From: an uncultured Verrucomicrobiae bacterium
Lineage (GTDB): Bacteria; Verrucomicrobiota; Verrucomicrobiia; Chthoniobacterales; UBA10450
Assembly: GCA_963772365.1 (NCBI GenBank)
Contig: CAVYXA010000001.1
Span: 960,001 to 1,024,000, forward strand
Reading direction: 5' to 3'
DNA: 64,000 bases
Shown here in pieces: positions 1-10,223 of the stretch (the first letter of the stretch is position 1; the number at the start of each line of letters is the position of its first letter). The position numbers were made by a program, and so were the translations under genes. Below the pieces are notes generated by a model. That model saw nothing but the letters and a program-made list of their open reading frames with translations, was not told the DNA's origin and did not search any database.

Positions 1-8
1 CCAATTCT

Positions 9-443
9 GTGCCGTACGTGCGCAGCTGGTGGAAACACCGACGACCGAGGACCGTATTTGGCTGGGGATCAAACGAAGCGCGCATTGAGTCAGGGTTGCT
101 CCGGGGCGCCAGGCAAATCAAAACTTTCCCAGTGGCAATTGGCCGGCCCGGCGGGGAGACACCGCTTGGTACGTTTCACATTCTCCAAATGCAAAAGGAT
201 CCGACGTGGAAGCATCCATTGACCAGCGAGATTTTCCGCCCGGGCGATGACAGCAATGAGCTTGGGCGTTATTGGATTGGCTTCTCAACGACCAGAAAGG
301 GTGCGATTGGATTTCACGACACGCCACATCCTGAAACAGTCGGCAAACCGGTGACGCACGGCTGCGTCTGAATGTTCGAGCCTGATATCGCGGAATTATT
401 TCGACAAGTCCACATCGGCACGCTCGTCACTGTCACTCCGTAA
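9..443 (+). pseudogene. L,D-transpeptidase (YkuD/ErfK family), 5' end unclear, in-frame TGA at 369-371
   Basis: Motifs VAIGRPGGETPLGTF, NELGRYWIGF, GFHDTP and HGCV. After the TGA the same frame continues MFEPDIAELFRQVHIGTLVTVTP to TAA at 441-443, the usual HGCVRM... C-terminus. Confidence 0.75.
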
Positions 444-510
444 TTCCCGCCGCGAATGCACAGGACATGATTGTCGATCTTGCGTGATGAGCGCGTTGTC
501 GATTTTCAGC

Positions 511-2502
511 TCACCGCAACGCCTCCACCGGGTCGGGCGGATGAACCAGCTCGGGCGGCGGCGGATTCGATTTCAGATAATCATCCACCGCGTCTTTCGT
601 TGCCTGGTCGATGTTTTTGCTGGCATCTCTTTCGGTAGCGTGCGCCTCATCGGCAGCTTTCTCGGCTTTGTAGAGATCAGTCATCGCCTGCTTGCCGTCA
701 TCGGTCTTATTGAAGTCCTGTTTGAAATTGTTTTCCAGTTTCTTCAACTCGTTGTCGAGTTTGTTGAACGCGTCCTTGTCCGCGTCGGTCGCGCCGGCAG
801 CCTTGGCCTTTTTCTCAGCGTCATCGCGCTGTGTTTTCAAGTCGTTGTAGCTCTTCTTCCCGCTCAGGAAATCCTGAAACTTTTTGTTGTAATCGTCGTT
901 GGCGTCGGCCTTCGCGTCATCGGCCCAGCCGGCCTTGAATTTTTTCTGCAGCCAATCAGCAAACGGATATTCCTTAACGAACTCGTCCCACCAATCGAAT
1001 CGATAAACGTAACCCTTTTTCTTTTTGTCTTTCTTGTCTTTTTTTTTCTTCTTCTCCTGCGTTTGCGGCCCAGGCGTCGGCGTATCGTTTGAAATGTTGA
1101 CGCTGTTCCCCGCGATCATTTCCTCTTCTTCCGGCTCCTCCAGTTCCTTGGCTTTGGAGCTGGTCAACTCCACTTTTTCGAAAATCGTGTCGATCCCCTG
1201 ATCGACCTTCTTTTTGGTTGCCCGGCTCATTGGCCCCTGTTTTTCAACCTGTTTATAAACAACCTGTTTGAGCTCATCTTTTGTGGCCGGTTTTGCGCCG
1301 GTGATGCCGCAAATCTCCGGGTCGCCCCACACGCTCCACTGGATCACGATGTCTTTTTGCTTTTGCTTGTCGCGATAAGGCATGTCCTTCAGCTTGCCTT
1401 CTTTCTGCAATTCATCGGCGGCATCGTATTTCGAACTGGCCAGGGTCAGCATCGTGTTCGCGTCCTGGGCCGGCAGATGCGAGCCGGGCATCTGCAGTTG
1501 CGGATTGCCTTCGTTGATAACCAAATCGCCGGTGACTCCATTGCCCACCGGCGGTTTGCTTCGGTCGAGACATACGCCTTCAATTGGCACCGTGAAGCTT
1601 TGTTTCGGGCCGAGCACCATTGGTTGCTCGCTTGGGCAGGCGTAATGCTGATTTTTTCCGCTGCTCGACTCCAGAACCATCGGCGGAATCATAAAACTCA
1701 CCGGCTGCGCAGTTTGATTTTGGATCAGGCAATTAGCTACGGGACCGATGGTTTGCCCAGTGCCGGCAATCTCGACCGCCAGTTTGTTCCGCAGAATGAG
1801 AGAGGAGATCGTATTCCCAGGCTCTCCGTCTGATGGTGTCGAGGTCGCGCTTGGAAAAGCCTGCAGTTTTGATCCCCATTTGGTTTGCAAATCGTCCAAC
1901 GTGGGGCCGAGCTTTGGGTACCTCGTTGGGTCGGCGCCTAAAGAATGGTCCGTCCACTCCACTTTTTTGGGATCCCAAACGTGATTTTTCCAGTTATCTC
2001 TCTTGCCGTCTTCCCACCCGTCGTAGCCGTAGATTATTCCGCCCAAGATATCTTTCCCGTTCGGGCCGTAGCTTTCGACACGCTGATGAAGCAGGGCGCC
2101 ATCTTCCGTCGAATAGGTAGCTTCAGTCTTTGAGCTGAGCGTTCCGTTCTTTCGGTAAGTATAGGTGCTGACGGTCGTCCGCTTCGTGTTGGGATTGCGT
2201 TCGACGAACACAACCCTCGCGGGTCTTTCGCCTTTCTTCGTGAATCGGACCCACTCGACTTTTGTGATGTTGCCGTCCTTGTCTCGAGTCGTGCGTTTCT
2301 CACCGTCGCCGTTAAACGGGCCCTCGAAAATTTTGTAGAAGGAAACTTTCTCGGTCGTGATTGTGCCGCCATCCGGATTTTTTTTGACGATTGGAGCGTC
2401 GGCATGAATTGGCGGCGCAACGCAAAACCAAACCAGAACTGCAAAGGCTGGCACGGCCTTGCACGACATCCGCAGTCGAAAGCGATTTCTCAGGTGGCGC
2501 AT
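511..2502 (-). CDS. Secreted multidomain protein: beta-hairpin-rich N-terminus, Cys/QWSVW module shared with neighbour, K/D-rich helical C-terminus
   Basis: 663-aa ORF with hydrophobic signal-like N-terminus (..PPIHA-DAP). Central ~220 aa are paralogous to the C-terminal half of 2537..4036. Confidence 0.75.
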   Translation of the reverse strand: MRHLRNRFRLRMSCKAVPAFAVLVWFCVAPPIHADAPIVKKNPDGGTITTEKVSFYKIFEGPFNGDGEKRTTRDKDGNITKVEWVRFTKKGERPARVVFVERNPNTKRTTVSTYTYRKNGTLSSKTEATYSTEDGALLHQRVESYGPNGKDILGGIIYGYDGWEDGKRDNWKNHVWDPKKVEWTDHSLGADPTRYPKLGPTLDDLQTKWGSKLQAFPSATSTPSDGEPGNTISSLILRNKLAVEIAGTGQTIGPVANCLIQNQTAQPVSFMIPPMVLESSSGKNQHYACPSEQPMVLGPKQSFTVPIEGVCLDRSKPPVGNGVTGDLVINEGNPQLQMPGSHLPAQDANTMLTLASSKYDAADELQKEGKLKDMPYRDKQKQKDIVIQWSVWGDPEICGITGAKPATKDELKQVVYKQVEKQGPMSRATKKKVDQGIDTIFEKVELTSSKAKELEEPEEEEMIAGNSVNISNDTPTPGPQTQEKKKKKDKKDKKKKGYVYRFDWWDEFVKEYPFADWLQKKFKAGWADDAKADANDDYNKKFQDFLSGKKSYNDLKTQRDDAEKKAKAAGATDADKDAFNKLDNELKKLENNFKQDFNKTDDGKQAMTDLYKAEKAADEAHATERDASKNIDQATKDAVDDYLKSNPPPPELVHPPDPVEALR

Positions 2503-2536
2503 CTGTTGTTTTACTTTTTAGGAGAATGAAACGGTC

Positions 2537-4036
2537 TCACGGCGACGGAGTCGGGCTGGGACTTTCTTCCGGCGGCGATTGTTCGGCTTTGGCTTTCTCG
2601 CCGGTCAACTCGACGCTGGCAAACGGATCGGGTTTTTCCAATTCTTTCGCTTTTGCCGAAGTGAGCTCGATCTTGTCCCAAATCGTATCGATTCCATTGT
2701 CGATCTTCTTTTTCGTCTGCGACTTCATCTTGCCCTTTTCTTCCTTCTGCCGATAAACCACCTGCTTCAGATCATCCTTTTTTGCTGGAGGATCACCGGT
2801 GATTTCGGAAATTTTTGGATCGCTCCAAACGCTCCATTGCACCGCAATTTCGATCTGTTTCTTTTTATTGGGATACGGGAAACCCTTGAACTCGCGATCC
2901 TTCACCAGCGTTTCGGCCGCTCGATATTTCGAGTCGGTAATCTGAAGCAAATCTCTGGCTTGTTTCGGCGAGAAGCGGGCTTCCGGATATTTCGGGATAG
3001 TACTGTCACCCGTATTGATAAAAAGCTCTCCGGCAACATGGTCGCCGGCGGGTGGCTTCCCTCGTTCCAAGCAGACGCCCGTCACTGGTATACTCAGGGT
3101 TTCCTGTGGCCCTAACGAAACCTCCTGCTGCCTGGGAGAGGCATAATCCTGCGTTTTACCATTTGCCGACTCAAGGATGAATGGGGGCACGAGAAACTTC
3201 AGCGGCTCATTGGTCAGATTTTGGAAATTAAAATCTGCGATGTGTTCTATTGTGTCGCCTGTGCCCGTGATCTCAGTTTTGATCTTTTCCGGGCGCCCGC
3301 CAGTGCCCGAAAGAACATCGACCGGCCGGCTGGTAATAAAAAGGATCAGGTTCTGCTTTGGCTTGTTGCGCGGAGAAAACAATCCACTCAACACCGGAAT
3401 CTGACCAAGCGCTGGAACAGTGCTCGTCTCGTTGCCTTCAACTGTTTTCAATGGCTGCGGAAACACCGAGCCGTTCTCGGACCGAATTTTGGGATCGATC
3501 TTGATGAGGATGTCGCCGTTCGGCGCGAGAGTTGGTGTGGTTGTCAGGATCAAATTGCCTTGTGGAAATACAACCGAAGGATCGAGGTAAAAATTCGTCT
3601 CCTGCTCGCTCGGAGCCAGTATCGCAGGTTGCTCGAAAATCTTGGCGCCTTTTTCGCGATCCAGAACATGCAGAATCGCCTTGAATTGCTGATCGGTGAT
3701 GAGTCCGGACAGGTTGATGCTACCGGGAATCTGATCCGGCGGGAAGAGTCGTTGCCTAACTGTTTCAGCCGACGGAGAGGGTCCAAGACCCAAGATGCCG
3801 TCTTCCGGCGACGGCAATTTCGCCGCATCGGCTGGCAACTTCGACAGAACATCGGCAATGCGATTGTCGATGCCTAATTCGCGAGACAGGGTTCGGCTTA
3901 CCTCGGCGACCTTTACTTCAATTAAAACTTGGCGGGTCAAAACTTCCGCCCGAACCAATCCACCAGCCGAAATGGCGCAGAGACCCGCAGTCAGGAATGC
4001 CCAACTTCTCCGCTTCGAACCAATCAATCCAGCCAT
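2537..4036 (-). CDS. Shortened secretin (GspD/CpaC-like) domain fused to a C-terminal Cys/QWSVW module
   Basis: Signal peptide; secretin signatures QVLIEVKVAEVSRTLSRELGID, LTTTPTLAPNGDILIKIDPKI and VPALGQIPVLSGLF...NLILFIT. Confidence 0.75.
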   Translation of the reverse strand: MAGLIGSKRRSWAFLTAGLCAISAGGLVRAEVLTRQVLIEVKVAEVSRTLSRELGIDNRIADVLSKLPADAAKLPSPEDGILGLGPSPSAETVRQRLFPPDQIPGSINLSGLITDQQFKAILHVLDREKGAKIFEQPAILAPSEQETNFYLDPSVVFPQGNLILTTTPTLAPNGDILIKIDPKIRSENGSVFPQPLKTVEGNETSTVPALGQIPVLSGLFSPRNKPKQNLILFITSRPVDVLSGTGGRPEKIKTEITGTGDTIEHIADFNFQNLTNEPLKFLVPPFILESANGKTQDYASPRQQEVSLGPQETLSIPVTGVCLERGKPPAGDHVAGELFINTGDSTIPKYPEARFSPKQARDLLQITDSKYRAAETLVKDREFKGFPYPNKKKQIEIAVQWSVWSDPKISEITGDPPAKKDDLKQVVYRQKEEKGKMKSQTKKKIDNGIDTIWDKIELTSAKAKELEKPDPFASVELTGEKAKAEQSPPEESPSPTPSP

Positions 4037-4053
4037 CGCAAGACTTAAGGGAA

Positions 4054-4491
4054 TTACGGGTTCGACGCCGCTTTAGCCGGTTTTTCCTCTTTCGCATCGC
4101 TTCCAGTCAAGCGTACGTCACTGAACAGGCTGGTCGTTGAAATCTCTTCCTTCGGTTTCGAAAATTTCGCCTTCTCCTGCGTGTGCGCAACCGGCTCGTC
4201 ATTGGCGACGGCAAACGGATCGGCCTCACGTTTGCGGTGGCCGATACCGCCAAGATCGACATTCACGCCTACCCCTACGCTGGTGTGACCCTCATGATGT
4301 TCCCCTCGCTTTCCACTGTGATGCGATTCATTTCTTTCGCCCTTTTCGCCCTTGAAGCTCTTGCCGCCTCCACCGCCGCCGCACGTGCAGGGCGAACATC
4401 TACAGGGATTGCAAGGACAGGCTGAGGCCGTGATGACAGTGGAAATTGAGACCAGCCCGATCAGTGCGAAGAAAAGAATGGGAGTTTTCAT
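4054..4491 (-). CDS. Small secreted Cys/Gly/His-rich protein
   Basis: Signal peptide, then CPCNPCRCSPCTC, a Gly run and a His-rich stretch; 4-nt overlap with the upstream gene. Confidence 0.7.
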   Translation of the reverse strand: MKTPILFFALIGLVSISTVITASACPCNPCRCSPCTCGGGGGGKSFKGEKGERNESHHSGKRGEHHEGHTSVGVGVNVDLGGIGHRKREADPFAVANDEPVAHTQEKAKFSKPKEEISTTSLFSDVRLTGSDAKEEKPAKAASNP

Positions 4492-5018
4492 TTTGCAATA
4501 GAAGTAAGTCGGAGAACGAACACCTGACCGCTCGGAAGCGTGATCTGAAGGCGCTTATCGGATGTGAAAATCTCCTTCGGCCAATCGGCCTTGGTATACG
4601 CGTAATTTCCATGCGGGCCGAAAATCTTGTTCAAATTGATGCCCACGCCCGATGCATGCACTCCGGACGAATCGCCGTAGCCACCTACCGAAATCGGCAG
4701 GCCGGTGTTTTCTTCGTGCCCAACTTTTCGATCTTCGCGAAACACTGGTTTGATTGCGGCGCCGGTCGCATCGATTAAAGCAATCGCCCGCGGCTTGATT
4801 AGCTTCAGGTTTGCGTCCGAGACGCGAATGATCAGACGCGTATTTTGCGGTTTAGCCTGATGCAGCGTGTCGCCAATCGTCTCAATGGTGTAAGCGCCGC
4901 TTTTTGTCGTCTGATGCATAGGCGTGAGCGGGCCGCTCTTCCGCGGTCCCGCTTCGACCTGAAAGTCGACGACCAGACCAAGAAGCGGCAGTGCAATGGC
5001 AATGATTACTTTTTTCAT
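4488..5018 (-). CDS. Secreted hypothetical protein
   Basis: MKKVIIAIALPLLGL... signal peptide with GGAG RBS upstream (ORF could extend to 5051); first gene of the operon. Confidence 0.7.
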   Translation of the reverse strand: MKKVIIAIALPLLGLVVDFQVEAGPRKSGPLTPMHQTTKSGAYTIETIGDTLHQAKPQNTRLIIRVSDANLKLIKPRAIALIDATGAAIKPVFREDRKVGHEENTGLPISVGGYGDSSGVHASGVGINLNKIFGPHGNYAYTKADWPKEIFTSDKRLQITLPSGQVFVLRLTSIAK

Positions 5019-5169
5019 AAACATTTCTCCTGAACCAGCCATGTTGGTCAACGCACTGATCCCAGTCGCCCCTGTTGGATAGGTGGCAGGTCGTGAAACT
5101 CAGGTTAGCGAAAGCCTCGCTAACTTGTAAAGCCCGAAAAACTTAAGCGCTCTTTCCTCGCTTGCTGCG

Positions 5170-5856
5170 ATGTCATGGATAATGGAGCCCAAAGCGGATG
5201 CACCATTTGAGCCGCGCAGTGATGAGCTGGACGATCTCCTGATTTTTGGCGGCCCGGAAACGCGCCGGCAGTTTATCAAGCAAGTCGCGGGAACCGGTGT
5301 GGCGATCACGATCGGGCCGGCTTTATTGAACGCCGCAACTCTAATGGTCGACGAAACTTCTGTTGCATCAGGCCCGGGATCGAGCACCGATTCCATTAAG
5401 GTGAAGCTGAACATCAACGGTAAAGAACACCAGGTCGATGTCGATCCTAGGACGACATTGCTCGACACCCTGCGCGAACGACTGCAACTGACGGGCTCGA
5501 AAAAGGGATGCGATCACGGACAGTGCGGCGCCTGCACGGTGTTGATTAACGGCCGACGAGTGAATTCGTGTCTGACATTCGCGGTGATGCACGAAGGCGA
5601 CGAGATCACCACGATCGAAGGTCTGGCCAATGGTAACGACCTGCATCCGATGCAGGCGGCATTTGTCAAGCACGACGGATTTCAGTGCGGTTACTGCACC
5701 CCCGGCCAGATTTGTTCGGCCGTTGCCTGCGTGAAAGAAGGGCACGCGAACAGCGACGAGGAAATTCGCGAATGGATGAGCGGCAACATCTGCCGGTGCG
5801 GCGCGTACACAAACATTCTGGCCGCGATTAAAGAAGCGAAGTCAAAAATCATCTGA
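5170..5856 (+). CDS. paoA: Aldehyde/xanthine oxidoreductase 2Fe-2S subunit (PaoA/YagT-like)
   Basis: Tat-like TRRQFIK; GCDHGQCGACTVL, QCGYCTPG and NICRCGAY motifs. Confidence 0.9.
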   Translation: MSWIMEPKADAPFEPRSDELDDLLIFGGPETRRQFIKQVAGTGVAITIGPALLNAATLMVDETSVASGPGSSTDSIKVKLNINGKEHQVDVDPRTTLLDTLRERLQLTGSKKGCDHGQCGACTVLINGRRVNSCLTFAVMHEGDEITTIEGLANGNDLHPMQAAFVKHDGFQCGYCTPGQICSAVACVKEGHANSDEEIREWMSGNICRCGAYTNILAAIKEAKSKII

Positions 5857-5896
5857 CAGAATGATCAACAGCAAGCGATCGAGAAGCCATGTCCAC

Positions 5897-6006
5897 AAAG
5901 CGACACGAGGACGCGCCGCACTCCTAAAGCTTCGCGAAAGGAATGGAAGACGTGTGGTGTTTCGGGCGAAGCCCTTTCGGAGTGCGATGCGTCCTCGCAT
6001 CGCTTT
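5897..6006. repeat. Palindromic REP/MITE-like element, intergenic copy
   Basis: AAAGCGACACGAGGACGCGCCGCACTCC...GGAGTGCGATGCGTCCTCGCATCGCTTT; a similar copy lies at 10616-10729 inside mocA. Confidence 0.8.
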
Positions 6007-6021
6007 TGCATCCTTGCTCGC

Positions 6022-7020
6022 ATGAATCCGTTTACTTATTCGCGCGTTGTCGATTCTAACGAGGCAATCAGCGGGATCGGTTCGAAACCACACGCTAAAT
6101 TCATCGGCGGCGGCTCCAATCTGATCGACTTGATGAAAATGGGTGTGGAGACACCCGATGCGTTAATCGACATCAACCATCTGCCTCTGGCGAAAATCGA
6201 GGAGCTTCCCAACGGAAAAGGCGTGCGCATTGGCGCGATGGTCCGCAATTCCGATTTGGCCGAGAATTCATTGATCAAATCTCGCTACCCGGTTCTAAGC
6301 GAAGCCATCCTCGCCGGGGCCAGCCCACAACTGCGCAATGTCGCCACCACTGGCGGCAATCTTTTGCAGCGCACACGCTGCTATTATTTTTACGACCCGG
6401 CATTTCCGGCCTGCAATAAACGCAATCCCGGGAGCGGTTGCGGCGCGATCGACGGTTACAACCGCATCCATGCGATTCTGGGCCAGAGCGACAAGTGCAT
6501 CGCCACGCATCCGAGCGACATGTGCGTGGCCCTGGCCGCGCTCGATGCTGTCGTGCGCGTTCGCGGCCCGAAAGGTGAACGCGAAATTCCATTCGCCGAT
6601 TTTCATCGGTTACCCGGCGACACGCCCGAACGCGAAACGAATCTCGGGCCGGACGAGTTGATCGTGGCTGTCGATCTTCCCCCGATTCCGTTCACCACCC
6701 GTTCGCACTATTTGAAGGTGCGCGACCGGGCCAGCTATGCGTTTGCGCTGGTGAGCGTGGCTGCCGCGCTCGATGTCGAGCCCAACAAAGAAATCAAAGC
6801 AGCGCGGCTCGCTCTCGGCGGGGTGGCTCATAAACCATGGCGGGCGCATACAGCGGAAGAAAAGTTGATAGGCGCAAAAGCCGACGAGAAAACATTTCGC
6901 GCAGCCGCGGAAGCTGAACTCGCCGCCGCCAAGGGGTACAAATACAATTCGTTCAAGATCGAACTGGCGAAGAATGCGATCATCCGCGTGCTCAGCACGG
7001 TCGCCGCAATGACAACATGA
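6022..7020 (+). CDS. paoB: Aldehyde/xanthine oxidoreductase FAD-binding subunit (PaoB/YagS-like)
   Basis: [33 protein letters not shown] and [16 protein letters not shown] motifs. Confidence 0.92.
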   Translation: MNPFTYSRVVDSNEAISGIGSKPHAKFIGGGSNLIDLMKMGVETPDALIDINHLPLAKIEELPNGKGVRIGAMVRNSDLAENSLIKSRYPVLSEAILAGASPQLRNVATTGGNLLQRTRCYYFYDPAFPACNKRNPGSGCGAIDGYNRIHAILGQSDKCIATHPSDMCVALAALDAVVRVRGPKGEREIPFADFHRLPGDTPERETNLGPDELIVAVDLPPIPFTTRSHYLKVRDRASYAFALVSVAAALDVEPNKEIKAARLALGGVAHKPWRAHTAEEKLIGAKADEKTFRAAAEAELAAAKGYKYNSFKIELAKNAIIRVLSTVAAMTT

Positions 7021-9207
7021 GCGCACCCAAACCAATCACAGCGAAATCGATGAGCACGCCGATGAGCCGTGTCGATGGCCCGTTGAAGGTCACGGGCGCA
7101 GCCAGGTATCCCGCGGAGTTTAATCCACCAGATGTCGCGCATGCATTTGTTGTGATGAGCCCGATATCAAAGGGGGAGATCACGGCGATTGATTCGGCTG
7201 CGGCAGAAAAGGCGCCTGAGGTTCTCGCAGTTCTCACTCCTTTCAACGCGCCAAAATTATCCGAGCCGCCGAATGCGCAAAAACGGGAAGGAATCCGGAT
7301 CGAGAAACGCGAGCCGTTGGCGGACAAGAAGATTTATTATGGTGGTCAAGTACGTTGCTGCGGTCATCGCAGAAACGCTCGAAGCTGCACGATATGCGGC
7401 ATCGCTGCTGAAAATATCCTACAAAAGCGAGTCGCCATTGCTAAATAGAGAAACAGCAATCAAGAAAACGGAGCCGAAGGAACACTTCGGCGACGAGCTG
7501 CGACAGAAAAAGGGCGACGTCGCGGCCGTGTTTGAGAAAGACGATCTGGTCAAGATCGAGAACACCTATTCGAGCCCGACCGAGACCCATAATCCGATGG
7601 AATGCTCGGCGACCGTGGCGCATTGGGAAGAGGCCGATCGGCTGACGATCTATGATGCGACGCAATTTGTGAAAGGCTCGCAAGGAATCGTTGCTCACGC
7701 ATTTGGGATTCCGCGAGAAAATGTGCACGTGATCTGTCCATTCGTCGGCGGAGCGTTTGGCTGCAAAGGACCAACCTGGCCACACACGATTCTCGCGGCA
7801 ATGGCAGCGAAAGTTGTGAAACGTCCCGTAAAACTCGAGCTGACGCGACAGCAGATGTTCAGTGGAACCGGCCATCGGCCGCCGACTTATCAGACCATCG
7901 CGCTGGCGGCGGATCACGACGGAAAGCTTCAGGCGATCCGTCACAAAAGCGAAATGCTCACATCACCGGTCGGCGACTGGGTCGAAGCGTGCGGGATTGG
8001 TTCGACGAATGTTCTTTACGATGCGCCCGCTATCGAGTTCAGTCACACCGTTTACACCGTCAATGTTGCTCAGCCGTCGTTTATGCGCGCGCCGGGTGAA
8101 TGTCCGGGCACTTATGCGTTGGAATGCGCCATGGATGAATTGGCTTATGCGCTCAAGATGGATCCGCTGAAATTGCGGCAGGTTAACAATTCGCCCGGTC
8201 ATCCGATCAAAGGCATTCCATGGTCCACGAAACATCTGGCGGAAGCTTATCAATTGGGCGCTGAGAAATTTGGTTGGTCGAAACGCAAACACGAGCCGCG
8301 CTCCATGCTCGCCACGGCGAGTCCGTCCGGTGGCGGAAAAGATCGACATTTGCTCGTAGGCTGGGGCGTAGCCACTGCGACTTATCCCGCGCACGCCGGT
8401 CGCTCTGAAGTGAGAATTCAATTTCGCGCCGACGGAACAGCATTGGTGAAATGCGCCGCCCATGATCTTGGAACGGGTCAATGGACGTCACTTACTCAAA
8501 TCAGCGCCGACGCTATTGGATTACCGGTCGAAAAAGTGAAGTTCGAGCTTGGCGATTCCGATTATCCGTTCGGGCCGGTCGCGGGCGGATCGCAAACCAC
8601 GGCGACCGTCGGATCCGGAATTGCCCTCGCGGCGCAGGATTTGAAAAAGAAACTTGTCGATCTTGGCGCCAGTGAAAACAAACCGGCAACATTCGCCGAC
8701 GCGTTGAAGCGGAAGGGAACCGACTCAGTGGAAGGTTACGGCAAATATGAATTCGAGGAGAGCGACAAATTCGGATTCCAAAGTTTCGGCGCACAATTCT
8801 GCGAGGTGAAAATCGATCCCGATTTGCCGCTGGTCCACGTGACGCGCTGGGTGAGCGTGATGGACTGCGGGCGCGTCGTGAATTTGAAGACCGGCGCGAG
8901 TCAGATTCTCGGCGGCGTAGTGATGGGCATTGGAATGGCACTGGAAGAAGAAACCGTTTACGATCCGGCCACTGGACTGCCGGTGAACCGGAATCTCGCC
9001 GAATATCATGTGCCGGTGCACGCTGATATTGAAAACATCGATGTGCATTTTGTCGGAGAGCCCGATTACAAGTTCAATCCGGTCGGCGCGCGCGGCATGG
9101 GCGAGATCGGAATCACCGGCGCCGCGGCAGCCGTGGCGAATGCCGTTTATCACGCAACTGGAAAGCGCGTGCGCGACCTGCCGATCACGCTGGATAAATT
9201 GCTGTGA
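7017..9207 (+). CDS. paoC: Aldehyde/xanthine oxidoreductase molybdopterin-binding subunit (PaoC/YagR-like), frameshift near 7350
   Basis: [14 protein letters not shown] start in one frame; [18 protein letters not shown] and GARGMGEIG in the next; one indel joins them. Confidence 0.88.
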
Positions 9208-10223
9208 AAGAAATCTACGACATCCTGCGCGAGGTAGGGCGCGACCGCCGGGCGCGCCGTGGTTTTGCCCTCGCGACGCTGGTTCGCGCGGAAGGATCGA
9301 GCTTTCGCCGACCCGGCGCGCGAATGTTAATTTGCCAGGATGGAAAAACAGTCGGCTCGCTCAGTGCCGGCTGCCTGGAGGACGAAATTGCATCGCGAGC
9401 TCGCGAAGTCTTGAAAACGGGAAAACCGTCGATGATGAGTTTCGACACACGGCGACGATTCGGCTGCAGCGGCAGGATCGACATCTTCATTGAGCGCGCA
9501 TTGGAAAAGTTTTTTGTCGATCTTGCCAGGAATCTAGACTCGCGCAGGAGTTGTCTTGCGATTACTGCGCGCGAAGGAACATCTGTAGGGGAAGCTGACA
9601 GCTTCCCCGGTTTCACCGCGAACCATTTTTGTGGTGGGGAAGCTGTCAGCTTCCCCTACAGCCAGAACCGTGACGTGTTGCTCGTTCAGCAGATTCATCC
9701 ATCCATTCGGCTTTTGATTGTTGGCGATGGACCGGACAATGCGCCGATTTGTAAATTGGCGAGCCTCATTGGCTGGGAGACGGTTGAATTTGTCGATCCG
9801 GGCGAAATCGTGATCGAGCCGGACGAATGGACCGCGGCGATTGTGAAATCGCACAATTACGGACGCGATTTTGTGGCGCTGCAAAAATTGCTGCCGATGA
9901 ATCTGCGGTATGTCGGCCTGATCGGGCCGCGGAAACGACGGGATCAATTGCTTAATGCTCTCCTCGATGAAGATGTCACGATCAATGCCGGATTTTTCGC
10001 ACCGGCGGGGCTCGATCTTCACTCGGAAACCCCGGAGGAGATTGCTCTTGCCGTTGTCTCGGAAATTCAGCGCGTGTTTGCTGGTGGCTCCGCCTTGTCG
10101 TTGCGGGAACGGAAGATGTCGATCCACGCGTCGTTTCACAGTTCCTCGACGGATTCCGTGGCGCCATCGAAAGGAAATGTCGCGGGATCCTTCGACCCCG
10201 AAAGCGTTCGGGGCTCAGGATGA
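9204..10223 (+). CDS. xdhC: XdhC/PaoD molybdenum-cofactor insertion chaperone
   Basis: ATLVRAEGSSFRRPGARML, GSLSAGCLE and APAGLDLHSETPEEIALAVVSEI motifs. Confidence 0.88.
   Translation: MKEIYDILREVGRDRRARRGFALATLVRAEGSSFRRPGARMLICQDGKTVGSLSAGCLEDEIASRAREVLKTGKPSMMSFDTRRRFGCSGRIDIFIERALEKFFVDLARNLDSRRSCLAITAREGTSVGEADSFPGFTANHFCGGEAVSFPYSQNRDVLLVQQIHPSIRLLIVGDGPDNAPICKLASLIGWETVEFVDPGEIVIEPDEWTAAIVKSHNYGRDFVALQKLLPMNLRYVGLIGPRKRRDQLLNALLDEDVTINAGFFAPAGLDLHSETPEEIALAVVSEIQRVFAGGSALSLRERKMSIHASFHSSSTDSVAPSKGNVAGSFDPESVRGSG
9583..9661. repeat. Palindromic element with perfect 26-bp terminal inverted repeats, in frame inside xdhC
   Basis: CTGTAGGGGAAGCTGACAGCTTCCCC ... GGGGAAGCTGTCAGCTTCCCCTACAG; a half copy occurs at 34316-34335. 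Confidence 0.9.

Noticed and set aside
369..371. Selenocysteine or recoded TGA in the L,D-transpeptidase
   Set aside because: The position corresponds to Arg rather than Cys, and other genes in the window use TGA as a normal stop.
484..1092. 202-aa hydrophobic plus-strand ORF
   Set aside because: Antisense shadow of the K/D/E-rich tail of 511..2502.
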